A stretch of DNA of 64,000 bases from positions 227,996 to 291,995 of the forward strand of contig RHPI01001559.1 in the NCBI GenBank assembly GCA_009103225.1, given 5' to 3'. Below, piece by piece: positions 24,837-37,565 of the stretch; positions within the stretch are counted from its first letter, which is position 1, and every line of letters starts with the position of its first letter. Position numbers and translations under genes: made by a program. The notes under the pieces are model-generated. The model made no database searches, was not told the DNA's origin, and was given only the letters and a program-made list of their open reading frames with translations. This stretch comes from Chlorokybus atmophyticus. Taxonomy: Eukaryota > Plantae > Mesostigma and Chlorokybus algae.

Positions 24837-26402
24837 ATGGACCTCATGGCTAGCAAGCTGCTTGAGGAGGTGTTCTCTCTTCTGGGTGGGCGCGAGCTGG
24901 CGCGGTGCGCCAACGTCTGTCGCGCCTGGCGGCGGGCGTCGCAGAAAGAGAAGCTCTGGGAAAGACTCTGCCTGCGCTACCCTGTAGCCGAGGAGGTGTG
25001 TGATCACTGGCTTGTTGGAAGAAGCGTTTAATCAACAAAGCAATGTGATGAGTTTTAATCAGGCCAGGTGATTTGTCCTAGATGTCCGCTTGTCGTGTTT
25101 GTGCTTAAAAGTTGCAGTGTCCACAATGCGAGGTAGTGTTGCATGACATATGCCACTTGGCTTTAGCAGCTTGAGCCGTAAGCCACTTAACTAAGGCAAG
25201 TAGCATGTAGGTCATGTGAAGCTGTTCTGCGCCATGACGTCCATGACACATGTGCAGATGTTGATTGTATGCACGCTTATGACCGCATGTGCACACAGCT
25301 GCGCTGTGTGCCAGATCAACGGTCCCCACGCCAGTGCTCAGCGCACAAACGCAACAATCAATGGTTGTTATTTTAGGATCCAAGAGGCTTCAAAGTTTGC
25401 TATTTGTGTATGTGCATACGCGTGTGCACGTCCATGCATGCGTACATGCGTGTGAGGATGTGTGCTAAGCATAGAGTGTGTGCACGCGCATGTGACCGCA
25501 CAAATGGCTACCTCAACAACAGCACTATAATTGCAGTACTATGCCTTTAGTGTCCAACTTATAACTCTAACTCAACCAAACATATTGATCTGTGCACAGT
25601 CTAGTAGACTTTCCACAGAATGCCGAGCAACTGCCAGTGAGGAGCAGCGTATTTCCGGACGTCTTGTTGGCAACCTTGCTTGTCAACTAAACCAAATCAA
25701 AGTGTGCCTCTCTTAGGTGTATGACAAGATAGGTACTGGGTACCAGAGGTTGTATGCACAGTTTCATCACGCACGCTACCCGCTCATAGGCAACCGTAAA
25801 CCTGAGTTAAAAGACTACCTGTTTACCATTACTGTGGTGGTGGATCAAGTTGTTTGCTGGGATGCCGCGGAACAGGACATTGTGGTGGTGGATCAAGTTG
25901 ATTACTGCAACGCCGCAGAACAGGTAAGCCAGGAGAAGCACATTCTCATGTTGGTCGCAGAAGTTGAACTAAAGAGATGGTCTGTCTGTTTTGCAGCTGC
26001 AGTCACTGGCCATGTCTTTTGGTGATGACTACGAAGAGTGCCGCCTGCTGTTGAAAGAGCCAAGAGACCTTGCTGACAACGTCGCTGTTGTGGTGCAAGC
26101 TGTACGGCGCAAAGACGGCATGTCTGTTTCATCATGATCCTGATACAGATGTTGATCGTTGCAAAGTTGATGATTGGCATGACGAAGAGGTGGGCGACGG
26201 CGTAGTGATTGTCACTGCTAGCGGGCGCGGGTTGGAGTGGGGATCACAAGTTGTCCAATGCTCGGTGGAATCTCTTGTGCTGACTGGCGAAAGCGAGTTG
26301 GAAAACGAGCTCGTTTGCATTCATGATTGCTTTTCAGACGGAGACGACTTCTTCCCACAGCAAGTCAACACTTTGTTGGCCAGCAATCTCATTACCTGGT
26401 AA
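24837..26402 (+). pseudogene. F-box family copy 5 (subtype A)
   Basis: MDLMASKLLEEVFSLLGGRELARCANVCRAW. Exon 2 carries a 48-nt in-frame duplication. An 8-nt deletion near 26118 frameshifts exon 3. Ends SNLITW*. Confidence 0.87.
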
Positions 26403-28546
26403 TCACTATCTGTGCGTAGTATGGTCGTGACACAGCAACCTAGCTTAACATGAAGTAAGGCGAGTCACCATTATACGTTGCAATTGGGTTATGCATACCA
26501 ACACCGGCATAAATACTATAATCAATGCTGGTGTTGGCACATGCATGGCTGCAGGCAAAGGCTGCATGCCATGAAGCATAGGCTTTCATTTCCTATTGGA
26601 TAACTTGCAGCAATCGAGTACGCCGTGGCTGTGCTGCACTGGCAGAGTCTCGACGTTGCCATGTGTGACGTGAGAAGTGACTGACATGCTGTGCACAGTT
26701 GTATGCCTTGTGTCTCATTTGGCAATACTACCACACTCTTGCTTGTAAGGTCAACCTTGTGACATATTGAGTACACCTCCCAAATGTGCTCGATGCACCA
26801 GGTAATACTGCGTCTGACCCATGCAGAACGCTTTGTACACGCTTGCCAGGTCAACTATGTTGACCGACCATGCGAGCTGAGCACAACAACCACCGCGTGC
26901 ACATGTCTGTGCGCATGCATCATGTATACATGATGTGCATACGCATGGCGTGGGCAGGTAATCCTTTGCCTGCCTGGCCTTTTGCCTTGTCGCCTCCTTG
27001 CCCTTTTCCTCCCCCCCCCCTGCTCCCTCTGATCTATGGCTTCTTACTCTTGGTCTTTGTGTATGGCGCTCAACCCAGCGTTGCGTGCGCGCATGCATGT
27101 GCACGCGTGTGGGCCTGGGCACTGGGAAGCGAGTGTGTGCACGCGCAAGCACTTGTGAATACATGCATGCGTGCGTCTGTGTGTCTCTGGCTTGCATTGC
27201 ACAGAAGCATGGCCGCGGTAGGCGGCGCCATCATGGCTATGATAGGCACTGATGCCGTCTCAGTGGGGTTCCAGGCATGGACATGTGTCGAGGCGCAATT
27301 GCACAAGCTGCATGCATGGCTGACTTCATCTACCAGATGAATGGCCAGCACTCACGGTGCCTTTGGTTGGCTTGCTGGGCCCCATACCATAAGCTATGGT
27401 ATCACCCCGTTAAGGATAGACTGAAGCACCCTTGCAAGACAGGTGAAAGTAGGAGTTAGCTCTATCTCACAGCAAACCTACAATCAATACGTCCTGTTGT
27501 TCGCGTCTGCATGCACCAACCGCTTGGCGCTCCAAAGGTTGGAACATGTTGCTTTTTAATGTGATAGTAGCACATGCAGCTTGTTTCACTGAGAACATGG
27601 CACAGCACCCACTCACGTGAAAGTTGCCTTGTATAGCAGACTTACGCATACAAATGCAGTGACTTGAAGTGCATTCCTTGCTCTGCCATCAAGACGTACG
27701 CGTTATGGCAGCAGCAATCAGCTCCAGCCTCCAACCGGATGCTTGTGGGTAAGCATGTGCTCCTCTCTCGTATAGCAGCTCTTGGGCAGTCTGTCAACAA
27801 GATGTCATCTCTAAGACGGTCACACAGGGCATGACCAACCACGTTGCATCGTTATTGTTCGACAAAGAACGCAGCTAATTCAACGCAGGGGGCTATTGCG
27901 TGCCTCAGCGTAGCCACAAGGCCAAGACTACCTGCATACACGCAATGCAATCTCGTTCGGGCAATTTGTTCCCTTTTATCTTGGAAGCAACCAATGGACT
28001 GCAACGGATCATCCGAACGACACGAGTCATGTCGTTGAGTGTGCCTCAGTGAGTGCCGTAGTACATGTGCTTTTGCCAGCTGCTTACCACAACCACTAAT
28101 TATCTAAGTAGCAGCCTGCATGCCCTGCCACTTCGACATACGCATGTATATGATTGTTTTCCGCATTGTTTACACACGTATGCACACAGGTACAGTGCAG
28201 AGGCACCGCAGCTGATTGAAGAACTAGGCTTGCTGCAATGCTCATCTATTGCAAGACTCGTCCCACAACGCCACTCACACTTCGCACAAAACCATCGCGC
28301 TTGCGCCCTCCTCCAGCAACTCTCCAACTCTTGACGCAGTCCAAACAGCAGTGCTGTGATCACATCAGCCTCTGCTAGTTGCTGTGTCACATAAGTACAT
28401 GCATACGACCTCACGCAAGCTGTCAGTAGCCAGGCAGCATTTTGCCGCCAAACTTACATAGCGCTGCCATGAACTGTGGAATACTTTATGGGCATTGCAC
28501 AATTGGATGCTTATGCAGTGTTATCATTGTCACAGGCGGCGGCGGC

Positions 28547-29993
28547 ATGGATCTCCTGGCCAGGGAGCTGCCGGTCGGGGAGGTGTACTTCCGGCTGGGC
28601 GGGCGCGAGCTTGCTCGTTGCGCTTGCGTCTGCCGCGCCTGGCGGCATGCTGCTCAGCAGGAGAAGCTCTGGGAAAGACTCTGCCAGGAGCAATATCCTG
28701 TAAAGGAGGTGTGTCAGCAGAGTGTTGGAGACTGCGTGTCATTACCAACTTGCCAGTGCACTGCGTTGGCACAAGCGTCAGTCATCAGAGTTTGACAATT
28801 CAACAATTTTGGCCTGGTCAGTCGGCTTGACGTTCTTCTGCTTCACCGTCGGAGTATCTACAGTGTGGGTTGGCAAAGCAGCATGACCCACATGCTGCTT
28901 TGCTTGCTGAATGAAGCATGCAGGTCATGTTAGCGGTCTTAGCCAAAGCATCTTGTGCAAACTCATGCGGACAGTTTTGGCTTAGCATGCTTGTTAACGT
29001 TCACACAACTGTGGTGGTATGCATGCGTGCCTGCGCGTGCGCCAAGTTAACCTTTCCCACACAACCGCAACCTAACAGCCAACACTCATTCCAGGGTTGA
29101 TGAAGGTTACCTCTACTCTACGTGTGCGCGCTTGTGCGCATGCATGCGTGCTGGTGCCTGCATGCATGCGCATGTGTGCATGAGTACAAGCGAGAATGTG
29201 TGTGCGCGACTGTTGTCTAGCAACTCAACATGTTGCAAATGTCGACTTCTGTTTATACCTGAACTTGACCAGCAGAGTGTGCCTCTCAGGTGCATGAGAC
29301 GATAGGCACTGCATACCAGCGGTTGTATGCACAAGGTGAAAAAGCACGCCTGGCACCCATGGGCTTCCACGAGCCTGCGTCAGAGGACGATGCATATATG
29401 TACACCATCACTGTGGTGTTGGGCACAGCCTACGGGACCACCGCAGACGAGGTAAGGCAAGAGAAGACAATCAATCTCTCTGGTTGCAATTCGTGTCAAA
29501 CTGAACACGTGTTGTGTCTTCTGTTTAACAGCTACATAACCTGGACTGGGTGTGTTTTGAAGAGTGCCGCCTGCCGCTGAAGAAGCCAAGCGACCTCGCT
29601 GATCATGTTCGTGTGCTGGTTCAAGTTGTGCGGCGAAGAGATGGCAAGATGGCATGCTTGTTGGGTACCAATGCCAATGATGGTTGGCGCAAGACTGTAT
29701 ATGGTGTTGAAACCGTGAGACAGGACGAGGGCAAACTGCTGGTCACTGCCACAGGGCCTCGTGTGGAGTTTGGGGTGACATTGATTTCCTGTGTGGCGGA
29801 CTTTATTCTGTTGTCTGCTGAAGGCGACTCGGACAACCAGCTCAAACGGGTTTGCGTTCGTGTTTCGGTTATTAACGAATGGTATGATTTTGACTCAGAA
29901 CAACTCAGCCTGTTATTGTCCAGCAAACCCAACACCTGGAATCGGCTACCAAAAACGAGTAGTTTGGTCGTATTACATGCTTGCATAGTGTAG
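28547..29993 (+). CDS. F-box family copy 6 (subtype A2), apparently intact, about 261 aa
   Basis: Exons 28547-28708, 29290-29451 and 29532-29993 all have GT-AG phase-0 junctions and no internal stop. Confidence 0.8.
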
Positions 29994-30683
29994 CGACCTA
30001 GCAAGCTGTAGCTTGTTACCTTTCGCAACGTCAACAAGGTGAGTCACGATGTAACCTTTTCTTTGTAAGACGGATGATGAGATTTGCACGTGTGATTGGG
30101 TTATGCATGTGAACCATTGGATGTATTCCATAGAGCCCACGCTTTGCTACTGATCATGACCGATGTTGGCAAGATTGCAGCCGTGAACACTGTGGCTGCA
30201 AGGCGATCAGGAAGAGTTGACGTTGCATTGTGTCGCGTACAATGTGCTTCATGACCACGACACAACTGTGGCAGGTGGTATGGCCATGGATGGCAACGCT
30301 AGTCACTGCCACCACTGCAAACCAAATTGAAGAGGACAACTCGCTTGGCTTTGTCAAACATATGTTGCCGACTGTGAAGTACACAAGCTCTGACACACTA
30401 TGTGCAGCACACTGGAGGCGGTTGCTTGCTTACCTACCTCAGCACCAGAGTTACTTTGGGTGAGCTGGCAGCCGTCCAACATGTTCTTGTACTCAGCAGC
30501 AAACCAACCTACGTCTCGCTGCACAAATGCCCCAAATGCGTAAGGCAGTTAGTAGTGAAGTTGCTCGGCTCGAGCCGCTCAAGCAATGTTACTAACATTG
30601 ATGTGTGGCACATAAGACAGCTAAACTGCTCAATGCTTTGCTATGCAAGTGGACTGTCGTGATGCTATCAACACAATACCTGC

Positions 30684-32202
30684 TCAGTACCATACAATGT
30701 CCTCGCTAGTCGAGAAGAGCCGATCGAGCTCCTGCGGAGGCAATTCATCGTAGCTTCTGTCACCTGCAACGGCCACATCCACTCGATACAACTCGCGCTG
30801 GCACTCGTTGTTACCCGACAATAGATAGAAAGCAGCAAAGCAGTACGCCGAGCTTCTTCCAAATGGTACATGCGGCTCATTGACAATAGCTATGATGATG
30901 TCCTGGTTGAGCCGTATGCCGTGGCCCAACCACACACACTCGCGGCCAACAGCGTCACGCATGCGCGTGTCCAATAGACACGCCATCGTGCCGTCCTGCT
31001 TGCGTAAGACTTGAACCAACACTTCTGCGTGGTCGCCGAGCTTGCGTGGGGTCTCCAGCCATATGTTGCAACCCTTTAACTCTATGTTCAGCATGCCAAG
31101 CTGCCAAGCACAAAATAACACCTGTTTAAGTCGTAGCATGTGTCCAACTCATAGAGTTTTCAACGATTAGAGTCTTCAACAATGCTCACATGTTCGGTTG
31201 TGGCCCAATACACAGCTTCACCCAACCAAAAATGAAATATACACAAGTATTAGGGTCGATCCATCTCTTGGCCGTTTGGTGCAGGTGGCAGCCGCGTGTG
31301 CTCGAGTTGCGTGAACAAACGCCGGTATAATGTACCCATCCTGTCATGCACCTGGAGTACCAATACAAGTTGCATTTACACGTCATGTTCAACTCTACAA
31401 TATCAGGCAACTCTACAACTCTACAACTCTACAACTCTACAATATTAGGCAAATGCTTATCAACGTTCTACTGCGCCGGGAAGCGTGTGGGTATGCTCTA
31501 TGTGTACTGCTTGCTGCAGATGCGGCCTACGCACATCTGACTCACCAAGTTCTGAGTGTTGGTGGGCTGTCGACAAGCATATGTTGGCATGTCAGCCTAT
31601 ACAACCTGTCGCAGTGATGTAACCAGGGTTGGCCCTGTTTGGAGAACTGTGAACCGCACTCAGGCAACCAACGACATAGACAAGGCATATACACCTGGCC
31701 CAGTAGTATGTTGTCTGCGAGTGTGCATGCATGGCTTCTTCCACCTGTTGTCACAACACAGAAAGCAGGAGCACAATCAGCCTGCCAACGCTTGGCTAGA
31801 TTGGACGACCAAAGCGATTGGAGCAAGTCTTGTCACAGGTACACCGATGCAGATGACAACGGGACCATTTACTAGCACACACGCTGCGCCCAGCAGGTCT
31901 TTATGTTGTACAGCCTGTCTACTCTTAAGAGGTTAAGAGTAGTGTTGTAACGCTTGTAAGTCATGCACGTGGTTTACCCGAGAGTGCGCTACCGTGATGC
32001 ATGACGAGAGGCGACATTACGTAAGTTACAATCGCCCTACCTGGGCAGCTGCAGGGTAGCGGTCAAAGCATCGACTTCTTCAGAGCCCATCTGCCTGCGC
32101 AGCTCGCCGCCAGGCGCGGCAGACGCATGCGCAGCTTGCAAGATCTCGCCCGCTGAGCCCTGCAAACACCTCCTCCAACAACTCGCTGGCTACGAGATCC
32201 AT
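30684..32202 (-). pseudogene. F-box family copy 7 (subtype B)
   Basis: MDLVASELLEEVFAGLSGRDLASCACVCRAWRRAAQADGL*, with TGA at 32080-32082. There is a second stop in exon 2. Exon 3 is open and ends SEDIVWY*. Confidence 0.87.
31411..31442 (+). repeat. (CTCTACAA)4 tandem repeat in intron 1 of copy 7
   Basis: Read directly; one further unit lies at 31393-31400. Confidence 0.9.
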
Positions 32203-33389
32203 GGCAACAGCAGCGTCGATGCCGCTGCCGGTGTACTAATAAAAACAGCCCGCCGAAGCTGAGTGCCAAGTATTATTGCTCAGTAACTTCCCAGTAACAC
32301 TCAGCAACAATGGCATTTGCACTTGTTATGTTACCAACATTGTGGCCATTGCACATGTGGTTAGGTGCGCCTTGTTGCTTGCTGCTTACCTATCGCATGT
32401 GGACAGTCTTGCTGTCACAGTTACATTGACGGTCACTGTAACGCTGCCACGCCCGCTCCTTAGCAGACGATTATCAGCACCTGCAACGCACAGCAAGGCA
32501 CATCCACTACTTCAAGCTAAAGTGGCTTTTAAGGAGACACGACATAGGTAGTCAGCCGTCAAAACTTGCATGTCCGCTGCCGCAGGCTGTGACTCGCATG
32601 CTGAGTGAGTGCTTTACAACAGGGGAGTTCAGCGCAGACTATATACGTGCAGGCAACCATCTTTGCGGCAACACTGTACCCTAGCAACACTCTACCCTTT
32701 CTGTGTTCCTTATATGCTTATGCAAGCTTGCGCAAGCACTGAGCTGAGCTGTGGATTGATGTTGCTGAATGAGGACTGCAAGATGGCATTGTGGTTTTCT
32801 GTTGTGCAAAAAGCCAAGAGGGTACTTTGCCAAAGTAGCATTGCCGCTGCTGACTATTGTGCGCTGATCATACGGACAAAATGCATCTTACTTGGGGAGT
32901 GCGTAAAGCGGTTTATGAGCATCCATTGCTGCGTCAGATAGTGGCTGCAGTCACGGTGCTGATTGTGCTTATGCAGCTGGCAAAGCAGCTGCATGCACTA
33001 TGCACTGTGCTCGCTTGGACCGAGACGCAGGCACGCACAGCCAGCGGCAGTGCTGTCAAAAAGCTGGCTGCCATGCTGCAGTGCCACACCATGCTGGCCT
33101 TCCGGTAGTAGCTGTACCTAGATTGTGCTTGCGCGCCTTGCATGCCATCCAGTGGACCTCAGCTCCTGGAGCATTCCCAGCAGCGACACCGCCCTTGATG
33201 CACATGCACTGCATGTCGCCGCCGCTGGCGTGCGGCTAAACCAAGCGCTGTACGGCAGGCGCAGGCTGAAGCTGGCCAATTGGTGATTACTCTTACCAGC
33301 TGAGCTTAAAGCTTATGACGTGTCTGCATGCATGCATGTGCATGCTTCTGCTGCTGCTGTGGCTGCCAGGCCGCGGCGGCGACGGTGGC

Positions 33390-34892
33390 ATGGATGATCT
33401 CCTAGCCAGCGAGCTGCTGGTTGAGAGAGTGTTGTCGCAGCTGGGCGGGCGTGAGTTGGCGTGTTGTGTCTGCAGCTGCCGCGCTTGGCGTCAGGCGGCG
33501 CAGCTGGAGGCGCTCTGGAGGAGGCTCTGCCTGGAGCAGTACCCCGTGACCGAGGAGATGAGTGATGATCAACTTGGTTGGCAGAAGCGTTCAGTCATCA
33601 AAGCAAAGGTAGTGAGAATGAAAGGCCAAGTTCGTCGTCGTGGGCGTTCGCAATGCTGTTCCTTGAGGTCAGAGTGTGAGCGTCTGTTGGTGACAATGGC
33701 ATGTTGTAGTATGACTACATGCTACTTAGCTCGAGTAGCACTGCCGAAGCTTGGCATGCACTGGCAGGACTTTGAAGCCGTCCTGCGACATACCATCACA
33801 CGTGCAGACTGGCATTGTGTATATGCATGCTTGTGTATGTGCATGTGCACACAGCTGCGCTTGTGTGCCTGCGTGTGCTGCCAGATTCACCGTTCCCACG
33901 CAAGTGATCCAAACAACCGCAACACCCAAATCTTCAATTCTGAAATGAAGGCTTGGCTCTATCTGCACGTATATGCGCAAACGTGCACAGAGAGCCATGC
34001 AAGCTTGATTTCGTGCGACGATGTGTACTATGCACATAGTATGTGCGTATTGGCTCCCACCTCAATAGCAACAGCACTTGCAGCACGGTGCCTTCAGCCT
34101 CCAGTTGTCCAACCCAAGAACTTCGACAAGCACTTTACAGCAACTTAAGCAGCGTCTTATTCTAAAACTTGATATCAACAACCTCGTTACACCAAATTGA
34201 CCAGCTCAGAGTGTGCCTCTCTCAGGTTCATGGCATGATGGGCACTGGATACCAGCGTTTATATTCTCAGATTCAGAATGCGCGCCTGGCGCCCATAGGC
34301 AACAATAATGAACCTGAGTTGGAGGACTACCTGTTCACCATCACGGTGGTGTTTTTTGAAACAGCTGTTCATTGGGCTACAGTAGAATAGGTATGCTGCC
34401 TGTTTTATGCTTTTGGAGTGAGACGATTGTCTCGTGTTGATTGCAAGACGTGTCCGACTGAACAGGTATGGTTGGTTGTGTGTCTTCTGTTAGACGACCG
34501 GGTCCTGTCCTTTGAAGAGTGCCTCCTGCCACAAAATGAGCCGGTTGACATTGCTGACCACGTAGATGTGCTGGTGCAAGTTGTGCAGCGCACAGACAGC
34601 AAGGAGGCATGCTGATTTGACGGTCACCGGCTCGTTGAATGGGATGAAGATGAGATGGAGGATGGCGAATTTGTGGTCACTGCTCACGGATCCAACTGCG
34701 ACTTTGGATCAGCTGCCATCCACTGCGCGGTGGACTTCCATATAGACTCTGGCAAGAGCGAGTCGGATAAACAGCTTCGTCGGGTGAAGCTTCACTTGTG
34801 CGCCAATCAAGTCACTGATGAAGCAACATTTCAATTTCTCCCCAGAGCAAGTCGACAACTTGATGGCCAGCAATCTCGTCACCTGGTGTTGA
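33390..34892 (+). pseudogene. F-box family copy 8 (subtype A)
   Basis: MDDLLASELLVERVLSQLGGRELACCVCSCRAW. The exon-1 donor GT is changed to AT, exon 2 ends GAA TAG, and exon 3 has a TGA and later frame breaks. Confidence 0.87.
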
Positions 34893-37453
34893 CTATCGCC
34901 TACTAGATGAGGGATAGTCTGGTCATGACACCAACATGCTATCTTGTGCTACAGTACGTAAGTTTACGTGACACATCTACAGGACTCACCCTATAACGTG
35001 ACAAAGTATACAGCTCGCTGCAATTTGATGTAATGAATGATTGGTGCTGACTGGTTGGCACACCCATGGAATGCAAACGACGGCTGCTTGTAAAACAAGC
35101 CTAGGCTTTTCATTTGCAACCGAGTCATGCATCACTTGCAGCGGTTGTGTGCACCGCGGTTGTGATCTTTTGGCACAGCCTGTGAGAGTCAACGTCACAA
35201 CGTGTTGTACAGGCTAATTAGAAGTGGTGTCGTGCGTCCGTCACCAAGTATTACTGTACAGTTGCACGCATGTTAGATCAACAACCAAGACAACCCGCCA
35301 TGCGATGACCGACTTGAAGCACAACAGCCATTGCATGCGCGCGTGCATGTGCGTGAATGCATCGGCACGCATATGCTCGTGTGCGCTTAAGTAGGTGCAC
35401 ACGTGCATGTACAAACTTGTGCGTATAGAGCAACTCAAATGTCTGTGCTTGGAGACGGACTCTTGCTTTACATTCCCGTGCAATGCCGCCACACAGAGAC
35501 CGTGTAACGGCAATTCTAGAACACAATAGGCACTTCTGTAGGTCTTCATGCGCTGGTATGTAAATCATGTGTTGCTTCCAGCTCAAAAGCATGCTACAGT
35601 GACAGCTACAAGGTTCGAGCAGTGCTACTTGTTGGGTTTAGTAGCACTATATTACTTATGAGATGGATGGCATCTGCCTACAGTTTACCCTTACTGTAAT
35701 CACACTTTTTCTTACGACACATTAACCGTTTTACATGAGGCAAATTTCCACCTTTCTTATGACTATCACACTCCCTGTAAGGACAATCGGTGCTAGTATG
35801 GAGCGTCACCATAACGAGGGCAACATGTATGAAATGCATTGTTTGAAAATTTGCAAACCTCGTTGTAGTGACCAATTGTCACTACATGGAATGGCATGAA
35901 CACTTTGATGTATGATCAATTGTCAGTACATATAGATGTCCGGCTCTTGGTGCGTGCATATCTTGCTTCCTTTGTATTGTATATTATATATTTTTGCTAA
36001 TAAATCCCTTGTTGCAATGACGAATAGTCATTATTTAGCTTGATGCGGCTTTAATGCATTATAGTAACAGTCCATCCTTACATAAAAAGAACGACACCTC
36101 CATGTAATGACAATATGCCTATAAACATTCGTGGTCATGATATTGATGGTAGATTATATATTGCACAGATGCCGTCTGTCTCACTGGTCTGGTGATGGGC
36201 TATCACCAAGCCAGTAAGTCATATGTCATGTTGAGCCGCAACATGTTGTTGACATGTGCGGAGGCATTGATTGTAAGCGCAGATTGTTCATTGTGGCGCA
36301 TATATTACATGCCAGCAAGCACATCCGGGCTCCATAGTGCGGCACCATGGGGCGTTCTTATACAATATTGATGTTGTGTACGCATTGTGTTGTCAATGTT
36401 GCCCTTGACTTTGTGTAACTTGGCAAAGCTGAGGACGCAGGACGCAGTTGGGTTAAGGACAACTTGTACTTCTCCTCGCACCGTGCGAAGTTGTGACAGC
36501 ACTGCGTGAGGTTTATGGAATACATATGAATTGCGGACAACTAGGCGATTGTTGTTACGTCCGCTGCATCGACATGTAAGGTATTAATGCTTGTGACATA
36601 TGTACATCGTTGAGCTTGATGTCAGTTATAGGACTTGCCATGACAGCTAGTCAAAGCATGCATTTCAGCTTGTATTGATGCATTATAGCACAACCACTAT
36701 TCAAGTGATTAAGACCATCATACCGGTAACTGATATTGCCAGATGACAGTACATAAGTGTTGTGTAACAGTGTTATATAACGTTTATTACACATTGGTTG
36801 ATGATATCAACTTTATGTATACCTTGTGACGTCCGCATATAACACTTTTATGCGCTTACGTAATGCACATATTCGTCAGGCAATGCTTATGCGAAATCAA
36901 TGATGATGTCAAATTAGCATGCATTGCGTACGACGATCAATGGGGGGAGATCCAACACGTTTGCATGGGCCTACAAGTCATGACGTTTTTTGTTGCTTGT
37001 AAATAATGGTGGCGCTAATAATATTCGTGGTTGTTGCATGAACAGTACTCTGCTTTATGAAGTGTACACGTGTTCGCAAAATTATACATCCATAAACATG
37101 CATTTTCACATCATTTATTACGCGCGTTTTATTTCGGGACTATTTGAAATTTGCCACCGCATGTGTTTGTTAAGCTAGTAGCTATAAAATCATCACCACT
37201 TTGATGCTTACAGAGTACCATTTTCTACATGTGCACATATGTGGAACACTGGTGTACAAAAAGGGAAATGCTGCTCAGCACACGGTGTATGTTTATGCCA
37301 TCAATATGTTGTGAAAGGTGCACAAGCTTTAACACAGACAAAGCAGATGACACAATCAACTTACCGGTATGCGGCTACCCAAAGAGCCTCTACGCAAGTA
37401 GCAACCTCAACAATTGTTGAAGATGATGTTACATGACATGGGCACAAACAACC

Positions 37454-37565
37454 NNNNNNNNNNNNNNNNNNNNNNNNNNNNNNNNNNNNNNNNNNNNNNN
37501 NNNNNNNNNNNNNNNNNNNNNNNNNNNNNNNNNNNNNNNNNNNNNNNNNNNNNNNNNNNNNNNNN
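37454..37565. other. Assembly gap (N run)
   Basis: Run of N. Confidence 1.

Noticed and set aside
27700-28050. Remnant of a non-LTR element endonuclease (FPFILEA-like motif)
   Set aside because: A single short motif amid stops is too weak to call.
17990-34392. A-to-I editing rescue of premature stops (TGG>TAG/TGA in copies 2 and 7), as in fungal PSC genes
   Set aside because: The same copies carry frameshifts or further non-editable stops (e.g. TAA), so ordinary pseudogenisation is sufficient.
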